32,000 nt of DNA, from the NCBI RefSeq assembly GCF_000015145.1, contig NC_008818.1, positions 450,001 to 482,000 on the forward strand, in the 5' to 3' direction. The DNA is from Hyperthermus butylicus DSM 5456 (GTDB taxonomy: Archaea; Thermoproteota; Thermoprotei_A; Sulfolobales; Pyrodictiaceae). Shown piece after piece: positions 25,757-32,000 of this stretch (positions within the stretch are counted from its first letter, which is position 1; the number at the start of each line of letters is the position of its first letter). The notes beneath the pieces were generated by a model. That model saw only the letters and a list, made by a program, of their open reading frames with translations, was not told where the DNA came from and ran no database searches. The translations under genes were made by a program, and so were the position numbers.

Positions 25757-26776
25757 CTAACTCCTCCAGCCTATCTCCCTGTTGAGATACTTCTCTATCG
25801 CTTTGGCAGCGTCTAGGCCTCCCTTCATCGCAATGCCTATCAGACTAGCACCGTGTTCAACGTCGCCAGCAGCGAACACTGGCTCTCTAGTGGTCCTCTT
25901 GTACTCGTCAACATCTATTGTGCCGTCCGGCCTAAGCTTTATGCCCAGCTGCTCTACATTGCATGGTGGTGTTGGTTTGAGCCCTATGGCTTCAAGGACG
26001 AGGTCCGCCTCTATTGTGAAATACTCACCAGTACCCACGGGCTTGGGCCTCTTGGAGCCGGGTTGCTCAACAAGCTTCATCCTTTCAAACTTGACTGCGG
26101 CAACACGCTTACCACTTGGATCTGGTATGTACTCTACCGGTGAGGCTAGCTCAATGATCTTCGCACCAGCTTCTTCGGCTTCCCTGAACCCCCTTTCACC
26201 CGCGGGAGCGTATTGGCGTATACGTCTATACACCATGTAGACCTCCTTAGCTCCAAGCCACTTTGAGACATGAACAGCGTCTACAGCTGTGAGGCCGCCA
26301 CCTATAACAACGACCCTTTCGCCTATCGGCGGCTTCTCACTCTTATACCCGTACTTCCACATGTGGTAGTCTACGATCCACTCCATAGCCGGATATATGC
26401 CTTCAAGATTTGCGCCCGGGATGTTTAGTCTGGCACTCTCCCAGGTGCCAGTCGCTATCAGTACCGCGTCATAGTTGTTTATTAGCTCCTCGAGCGAGAC
26501 ATCTCTACACACCGTGATGTTCTGCCTAAACTCTACGCCTAGCTCATGCAGCTCTTTAATACCTTCACGCACCTTAGCCTTGTTAATATGTATCTCAAGG
26601 ACGCCAAATATTAGGAAACCACCAGGCTCGGGATTCCTATCGAATACAGTAACGTTGAAGCCCCTACAACGTAGGTAACCGGCAGCGTAGAGGCCGGCCG
26701 GGCCAGCACCGATAATTGCTATCCTCTCGCTGCGTGGCTCTGCTTGGCCAGGCTTGCAGCCTACGATGAATCTCAA
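25757..26776 (-). CDS. GltD-like FAD/NAD(P)H pyridine nucleotide-disulfide oxidoreductase lacking the N-terminal Fe-S domain
   Basis: 339-aa ORF with a TTG start. Two Rossmann motifs IAIIGAGPAGL and VVVIGGGLTAVD, and a C-terminal VFAAGDV. Confidence 0.75.
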   Translation of the reverse strand: MRFIVGCKPGQAEPRSERIAIIGAGPAGLYAAGYLRCRGFNVTVFDRNPEPGGFLIFGVLEIHINKAKVREGIKELHELGVEFRQNITVCRDVSLEELINNYDAVLIATGTWESARLNIPGANLEGIYPAMEWIVDYHMWKYGYKSEKPPIGERVVVIGGGLTAVDAVHVSKWLGAKEVYMVYRRIRQYAPAGERGFREAEEAGAKIIELASPVEYIPDPSGKRVAAVKFERMKLVEQPGSKRPKPVGTGEYFTIEADLVLEAIGLKPTPPCNVEQLGIKLRPDGTIDVDEYKRTTREPVFAAGDVEHGASLIGIAMKGGLDAAKAIEKYLNREIGWRS

Positions 26777-26966
26777 CGTAGGGCACCGTATGCATTGTAT
26801 ATGGTGAATCGTTTAAGAAGAATTCGTATACGGGTGGAATATCGGTAGAATAGTACAAATGTACAAATAGCTATACCAATGTTTTATCTTGAAGAAACTG
26901 TTGGATATGGGATATTGTGGCGTGTGCTCTGGGCTCTAGGAGAAAAATCAAGCTAGTAATGACAGT

Positions 26967-26985
26967 AAAACCTTGAAGAGGGTTT
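26967..26985 (-). terminator. short hairpin plus T4 downstream of the MIPS gene (minus strand AAACC-N7-GGTTTT)
   Basis: Read on the minus strand, it starts about 10 nt after the stop at 26996-26998. Confidence 0.3.
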
Positions 26986-26995
26986 CAGTTATAGC

Positions 26996-28177
26996 TTAGG
27001 CCCTTATTATGCCAGTCTTCTTGAGGTAGTCTATGAGGGCGTAGTAGGCCCTTATCCTGGACATGTTCTTAGAGCCGCGTGGTCCTGGATCCTTCATGTA
27101 GAATGCGTTTACCTCGTATGCTGTGCCGTAGATGCCTCGTTCTGTTAGTGTCTTGCCTATCCTTGCTAGGTCCACTAGGAGGCCTGCTAGTGCGGGGCTA
27201 TCGTTTATCCTCATGTTGACTACTAGCTCGTCCTCGAGGCCGTTGAATGTCTTCCACCATATGTGCATTGAGACGAACTTCTTGTCGCCAAGTGGTTCTA
27301 GGTATCCTGTGGGCTTGATGAAGTGTGGTGCGTCATAGCCTAGTATGTCTTTCACAATGCTGCTCTTGGTTTCCTCCTTCATCTTGTTCCTCTCAGGTAT
27401 TGTTAGTGCTAGGAAGTCGGTGTTGCCGCCGATATTGAACTGGGCTATTGAGTGTACGTAGCGGTTGCGCTCGGCAAGGTGTTCTAGTAGGTCGGCTGTT
27501 AGCGGTGTTGCACCAGTAGCTCCGTCATCACCTAGCACTATGCTCTTAGCCTCCTCGTACAGCTTCACGATGGCATCATCGCGTGCCAGCGGGCTCGGTA
27601 TAACGTTGACTAGGGCTACGGATCTGCCAGTGTCCTTCGCGTATAGGTACGCTGCATAGGCATAGGCGTGGCTTGCACTTAGCCTGTCCCTGTCATCTCT
27701 CTCTACAGCTTTGACTAGGTCCTCAACCTTGTGGAATGGCTTAGCGGGCTCTGTAGTGGCAACAATCATGACGACGTCTGGCTGTAGCTTCTTCCACTCC
27801 TCGACTAGGGCCTCTATTGCTGCCCTCACGGAGCCTAGTTCGTCCTCCAGACCCTTAGCCTTGAATGGTAGGCCGCGTAGACTGCCTAGGTGTATGCCGC
27901 GCCTAACCGTTATAGACTTCAATGTCTCTGGTACTGGTAGGATATCACCCACAGCCTTCTTGGCAACTTCGTAGACGGTCTTGCCAACTTTTTCCTCGTC
28001 AACATCGTAGCTACCAACAAGCTCTATATCCTTGATATCGTATACCAGCTGGTACTTTGCCAGTGGTACACCGTAGGGCTCCAGTTCGCCCCTCTTTATC
28101 CTTTCAATACCGACTGCGAAGTGTGTAGCCACGAGGCCCTGGCCGACTAGTATCACGCGTACAGCCATTCTCACCAC
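26996..28177 (-). CDS. ino1: myo-inositol-1-phosphate synthase (archaeal type)
   Basis: 393-aa ORF with VLGDDGATGATP, FNIGGNTDF, RINDSPALAG. The size matches archaeal MIPS. An alternative ATG start is at 28168. Confidence 0.9.
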   Translation of the reverse strand: MVRMAVRVILVGQGLVATHFAVGIERIKRGELEPYGVPLAKYQLVYDIKDIELVGSYDVDEEKVGKTVYEVAKKAVGDILPVPETLKSITVRRGIHLGSLRGLPFKAKGLEDELGSVRAAIEALVEEWKKLQPDVVMIVATTEPAKPFHKVEDLVKAVERDDRDRLSASHAYAYAAYLYAKDTGRSVALVNVIPSPLARDDAIVKLYEEAKSIVLGDDGATGATPLTADLLEHLAERNRYVHSIAQFNIGGNTDFLALTIPERNKMKEETKSSIVKDILGYDAPHFIKPTGYLEPLGDKKFVSMHIWWKTFNGLEDELVVNMRINDSPALAGLLVDLARIGKTLTERGIYGTAYEVNAFYMKDPGPRGSKNMSRIRAYYALIDYLKKTGIIRA

Positions 28178-28258
28178 CCCCTATGCCCTTGAAACTATGA
28201 AGCTTGTTTTGGTGGGATAGACTAATGTATAGGGTGGGTATGTTGTCTAGATGGAGCT

Positions 28259-28301
28259 GGCCTAGAACTCCCTAGAGTTGGTTAGGGAGTTCACTTAGGC
28301 C
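28259..28301. other. strong imperfect hairpin / palindrome (16 bp with a 3-nt bulge)
   Basis: GGCCTAGAACTCCCTA (28259-28274), 8-nt loop, TAGGGAGTTC (28283-28292), bulge ACT, TAGGCC (28296-28301). Confidence 0.6.
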
Positions 28302-28821
28302 AACTTGAGGCTCCGAGACACACCCTTATACGTGGAGCCTCAATTTAAACCCTCTCCTAATGCTAGCCTAGTAGACACTATAACTCGTGTTCAAGTATTA
28401 TGAATGATGGTTTGGAGACGTTGATTGTGGCATAGAGAGATACGATACAGTGGTTTGGGTGTACAACAATGGCAGGAATGGATATGGCTTACGCGGTATG
28501 TGTCATCGGTGCTGCCTAGTGCCAGTGGTAGGGGTTTGTGTAGTCTTGATGCTGCTGTTGCGAATGCTAGCAAGGCTCAAGGCTTCTTTGTCAGCTCAAG
28601 GGCAGCAGCGAGGATACGGTCAATGTGCTAAGTGTGGTCCCCTCCTAAGCTTGCAGCCAAGGTGTCTGCAAAGCCTTGCCCGAAGTCCTCTAGGCCCTCA
28701 CGAGCTGCCAATGTAGGTGTAGAACCCAGCATAGGGTGACATGTCTACCTGCAGTCCAGGTTTCTATGCTCTGCTCTCGTTGATACGTACTAGTAGCAAT
28801 GTAGGGTCCTGGAGCTGTTGG

Positions 28822-28830
28822 TAATATATA
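28822..28830 (+). promoter_or_regulatory. TATA box TAATATATA upstream of the acidic hypothetical gene
   Basis: It lies only 11 nt before the listed TTG 28841. This argues that translation starts at the in-frame ATG 28922 instead. Confidence 0.4.
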
Positions 28831-28921
28831 CCGTGTATCTTTGCACAAATCTGCTCCACGACCGTCACGCTCTTATCGGTGCCTGTCACTTGCCAAACTA
28901 GTAAAGGTCGGGTGGGCCGAT

Positions 28922-29383
28922 ATGGAGTTTGAGGAGAAGCTTGTCGAGACTGGGATTCCCGGTCACAGCTCGTCCAAGGACTGGGCTAAGAGGATTCAGA
29001 GCTTCCTCCGAGAGAAGGGTATAAGCTTTGAAGCTGAGGGCGAGAACATAAGAATCCATGTGGACGGTGTGACCGTGGAGGTTACAGAGGCACCGAGCGG
29101 CGAGAACTATGCAGTAGTGATAACGTTGCCTCTTCCGGCGTCTTCCAGTGAGGCTGATGAGCAGACCCGTGGCACAATAGACGCTGGGTTCAAGCTTGCA
29201 GGGCTGCTAGACGCTGAGGAGTTGGGCTATGAACTCGACACAAGTATACCTGGCTATCCGAGCCTAAGGATAGTCGTGGAATACAAGGATCCAAATAAGC
29301 TAGCCGACAAGCTCATCGATGCCCTCGAAAAATACGGTGTTGAAGGGGGATCTAGTGGCGAAGCTTTCGAGGTTGAGGGCTAG
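28922..29383 (+). CDS. hypothetical acidic protein (153 aa from ATG 28922; the listed ORF starts at TTG 28841)
   Basis: An in-frame ATG with MEFEEKLVETG. No family recognised. Its stop TAG shares the palindrome CTAG with the stop of the convergent gene. Confidence 0.5.
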   Translation: MEFEEKLVETGIPGHSSSKDWAKRIQSFLREKGISFEAEGENIRIHVDGVTVEVTEAPSGENYAVVITLPLPASSSEADEQTRGTIDAGFKLAGLLDAEELGYELDTSIPGYPSLRIVVEYKDPNKLADKLIDALEKYGVEGGSSGEAFEVEG

Positions 29384-30357
29384 CCTGAATCCTCCTCCAC
29401 GCCCGGTAGTCGGGACTCTGAGGGTTTTCTATGGAATAGCTCCCAGAGCATTAGCGCAGCCGACTTTGGCGGGATGATGCCTCTTTCGGTAACAATCATG
29501 TCTATATAGTCTGGCGGTGTAGCGTCAAATGCTGGATTTCTAACCTTAACACCGGGAATGTGTGCTGGCAGTACCTCCTCAGCAGGTCTTTCCTCAATCT
29601 CTACCGGCTGGCCGACGACTGTATAGGGGCTAAACTTGTAGGTCTCTGTTGCAACGATGAAGGGTATTCTGAATAGTCTTGCTGCGAGGGCTATCTGGCT
29701 TGTACCAATCTTATTTATCACGGCTCCGTTGGCGGTAACTGTGTCTGCGCCAACGATCACCTTGGTTATTCGTTTAGACTCCATCACTTGTAGAACAGCA
29801 GCATCTGGTATAAGAGTGACAGGTATGCCCTCCATGGCTAAATCCATGGAGGTTATGTGGCCCTGGTATCTTGGCCTAGTCTCGGTTGCATAGACCTCGA
29901 AGCGCTTACCCTGCCTCCACGCGGTTATGAGTATCGACTCTACGGCCTTGCTATTGCAGTGTGTCAGTATTCTGTCGCCAGTCTTTATGAGTCTTGCCCC
30001 TATCTCTCCTATCTTCTTAAGGGCTTGCTCCGAGTATTCTATGAAGCTTCTAGCAGCTTCTATAACAGCCTTCCTTACCTCCTCAACGCTTGTATAACGT
30101 CTTTCTTCAAGGACTCTTAGGACATAATTAACAGCATTAGGTAGGCTCACAGCTGTGGGCCTAGTGGATATGAGTAGCTCGCCGGTAGCACGCATATAGT
30201 TTACAAACTCGTCCACACTGCCTCCCTGAAACCTCTCGGCAGCAATCATTAATGCCCGAGCTGCAGCCTTCGCTATCCTGCCCGCCCCACGTATCTTCAT
30301 AGTCTTAATGTCCTCGGCTATGCTTGTGACCTCCTCCGGAAACTCCACGTAGGTCAC
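29380..30357 (-). CDS. eIF-2B alpha/beta/delta-family protein, ribose-1,5-bisphosphate isomerase-like
   Basis: 325-aa ORF with TRPTAVSLPNA, ILTHCNS, VIVGADTVTANGAVINKIGTSQIALAA and IVATETYKF. Confidence 0.85.
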   Translation of the reverse strand: MTYVEFPEEVTSIAEDIKTMKIRGAGRIAKAAARALMIAAERFQGGSVDEFVNYMRATGELLISTRPTAVSLPNAVNYVLRVLEERRYTSVEEVRKAVIEAARSFIEYSEQALKKIGEIGARLIKTGDRILTHCNSKAVESILITAWRQGKRFEVYATETRPRYQGHITSMDLAMEGIPVTLIPDAAVLQVMESKRITKVIVGADTVTANGAVINKIGTSQIALAARLFRIPFIVATETYKFSPYTVVGQPVEIEERPAEEVLPAHIPGVKVRNPAFDATPPDYIDMIVTERGIIPPKSAALMLWELFHRKPSESRLPGVEEDSG

Positions 30358-30363
30358 CTCCTC

Positions 30364-31338
30364 TTAGGATGGTTTTGCACCTATCTTCTTTAGCTCCTCC
30401 CTAGCCTTGGTGAATAGTTTTTCGAGGCTCTCAAGCCTTGGCGGCCACTCTCCAAATTCCTCCTTGACTAGCAGGGGTACAGCCTCCGGCGCTATGAGCC
30501 CCTTCTCAGTGGCAAGTGCATCTATGAGGTGTGGAGGTACGAACTCGAAGAGTGGCGCGTAGCCTTTAATGCCTAGCTTCTTGTGGCTCTCCGGTACTAT
30601 CTCCTCTTGCAATGCTGGCGACTCCACCATTAGCCCATAGACGGTTTCGGGGTAGAACTTGTATGTTCCCGCTACGACAATCACTCTAACCCTTGACTCG
30701 TTGGCTGCAAGTGCCAGTAGCCCTGCACCGGTCCTCGCTATGATGCTTCCATCGGCTGTTACTGCGTCAGCGCCTATCAATGCCTTTGTTGCCTCACGCG
30801 CCATAAACCTCATTGCAGAGTCCACGATGAGTGTTACGTCTATCTCCAGTTTTGTGAGCGCCTTGGCCATCTCGATGCCGTCTAACACGGGCCGCGACTC
30901 TGCTACTATGACGCGTATAGTCTTGCCCATTGCCACAGCCTTCTCTATGGTCCTCAGCACGCTCCTGCTATAGCTGTGCGTCAATACAGTATCTCCGTTT
31001 TCTAGCCTCCGGGCGGCGATCTCTGCTGCAGCCTCGGTCTCTTCTATCATTCTCCTCAGCAGCTTCTCAACATTTTCCTCGACAAGCTCTTTAAGCCTTG
31101 GTATGTTATCATATTCTCCATGGGCGATAACAGTCAGTAGCTCGCGAGAAGCATTGATGAGGGGTGCTGAGAAGGGCCTCGCAGCGAGGCTAGCCTCGAG
31201 ATAGTCTAGTGCCTCTAGTAGCCCCCACACATCTTTAGCGCTTGATATGAGCTGGCGGAACTTCTTTAGGACTTCCTCAGTAGCCTCAGTGGCTCCAAGC
31301 ATGTTGATGCCTAGGGAGGGGCTTTCCGGTTTAGACAA
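30364..31338 (-). CDS. second, divergent eIF-2B alpha/beta/delta-family paralogue
   Basis: 324-aa ORF with VLTHSYS, LIGADAVTADGSIIARTGAGLLALAA and VVAGTYKF. It lies 6 nt upstream of the first paralogue. Confidence 0.75.
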   Translation of the reverse strand: MSKPESPSLGINMLGATEATEEVLKKFRQLISSAKDVWGLLEALDYLEASLAARPFSAPLINASRELLTVIAHGEYDNIPRLKELVEENVEKLLRRMIEETEAAAEIAARRLENGDTVLTHSYSRSVLRTIEKAVAMGKTIRVIVAESRPVLDGIEMAKALTKLEIDVTLIVDSAMRFMAREATKALIGADAVTADGSIIARTGAGLLALAANESRVRVIVVAGTYKFYPETVYGLMVESPALQEEIVPESHKKLGIKGYAPLFEFVPPHLIDALATEKGLIAPEAVPLLVKEEFGEWPPRLESLEKLFTKAREELKKIGAKPS

Positions 31339-31379
31339 GGCCCTATAACACCTAGGCTATACACCTTACAATACCCCCT

Positions 31380-32000
31380 TCAAAAACTATCCTCCTCGGC
31401 GTGGACTATTCTCCCGGCAATGATCGTGTAGACAGGTTTGCCGCCAGCTAGCAGTGCAAGGGCAGGGTTTCTTGTGAGGAGGCTCTGGGACAGTCCTCTT
31501 ACGCGGTAGACCACGAGATCTCCTGGCGAGCCATGCTCTATCTTGCCGGTTGCTGTGAAGGATAGTATGTTTGCTGAGCCCTCGCTAGCAGCTGAAAAGA
31601 CGTCGGCGGCGCCGACCCTGCTATCCCAGTATACGTAGCGCTGGAGGAGCAACTCTACTGTAGCGGCTAGGCGGAGATCAAGGAAGGAGTCCACAAGGCC
31701 TAGGCCTAAGCCGACACGTATACCAGCATCCAACGCCTCTCTCAGTGGGAAGTGGCCGCCAGCCCCATGCAGCATGTCATGCACCGGGTTGTGGACTATT
31801 GCTGAGCCCCTGGAAGCTATGTAGCCCAACTCCCAGCTTGAAACCCAGCCACCACCAACAATAACCGTATCCTTGCCTAGCACGCCTAGCTTCTCTAGCC
31901 TCTCAACGGGGAAGAGCCCCCACTTCTTCTTAGACTCATACACATCCCTCTTACTAGTTGAAGCATGTATAAATAGAGGTATGCTCTTACTGCGTGCCAG
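31380..32000 (-). CDS. amidohydrolase-superfamily protein (MTA/SAH or nucleoside deaminase-like), 5'-truncated by the window edge
   Basis: The frame stays open to position 32000 (LARSKSIPLFIHASTSKRD precedes the listed GTG). Segments IVHNPVHDMLHGAGGHFPL, GIRVGLGLG and GDLVVY ... IIAGRIV resemble the C-terminal half of the ATZ/TRZ-MtaD group. Confidence 0.7.
   Translation of the reverse strand: MARSKSIPLFIHASTSKRDVYESKKKWGLFPVERLEKLGVLGKDTVIVGGGWVSSWELGYIASRGSAIVHNPVHDMLHGAGGHFPLREALDAGIRVGLGLGLVDSFLDLRLAATVELLLQRYVYWDSRVGAADVFSAASEGSANILSFTATGKIEHGSPGDLVVYRVRGLSQSLLTRNPALALLAGGKPVYTIIAGRIVHAEEDSF

Noticed and set aside
28307-28341. Stand-alone short hairpins (GAGGCTCC-N19-GGAGCCTC here; also 14503-14519, 20103-20125, 23704-23727)
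   Set aside because: Stems of 7-9 bp with loops of 3-20 nt are expected several times by chance in 32 kb. They are mentioned only as context where they adjoin stronger signals.
28391-28716. Three overlapping ORFs (28391..28573 -, 28425..28631 +, 28450..28716 +), one Cys-rich
   Set aside because: They overlap in different frames, have odd composition and lack translation signals. The region is better described as non-coding with hairpins.
1-32000. Search by eye for CRISPR arrays, IS elements, integrases, toxin-antitoxin pairs or known defence genes
   Set aside because: I saw no regularly spaced direct repeats of 24-40 bp, no transposase- or integrase-like translations, and no second copy of either tRNA 3' half. 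The window appears to be core chromosome.

Overview
The window looks like a chromosomal, mostly housekeeping segment of a hyperthermophilic crenarchaeon. This is inferred from gene content: thermosome, bifunctional FBP aldolase/phosphatase, archaeal myo-inositol-1-phosphate synthase, ABCE1, split ArcTGT, a tRNA intron at a non-canonical position, and many GTG/TTG starts. All protein calls rest on motif recognition in the supplied translations, since no database search was possible. I support about 33 CDS, 2 tRNAs (Pro-CGG with a 36-nt intron, Ser-GCU), one frameshifted gene, and a few TATA-like and oligo-T signals. I found no CRISPR array, rRNA, transposase, integrase or recognisable defence system. 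I did not find a multi-gene novel system. The best candidates for something undescribed are small or non-coding. (1) A complete-looking 36-codon Glu/Trp micro-ORF sits on a 90-bp polypurine tract between cgi121 and abcE1. (2) The palindromic 9-mer CCTG(A/T)CAGG occurs six times, five of them clustered around an orphan gene and about 760 bp of ORF-free DNA between abcE1 and fbp; this block may be an insertion. (3) A CMD/AhpD-family gene is split by a -1 frame change at an A-rich run. (4) Several unusually long ORF-free spacers are present (22348-22784, 23364-24191, 28178-28921), one carrying a strong 16-bp bulged hairpin. (5) A GC-rich leader with two UGAUGA motifs has a stem that overlaps a perfect Shine-Dalgarno sequence.
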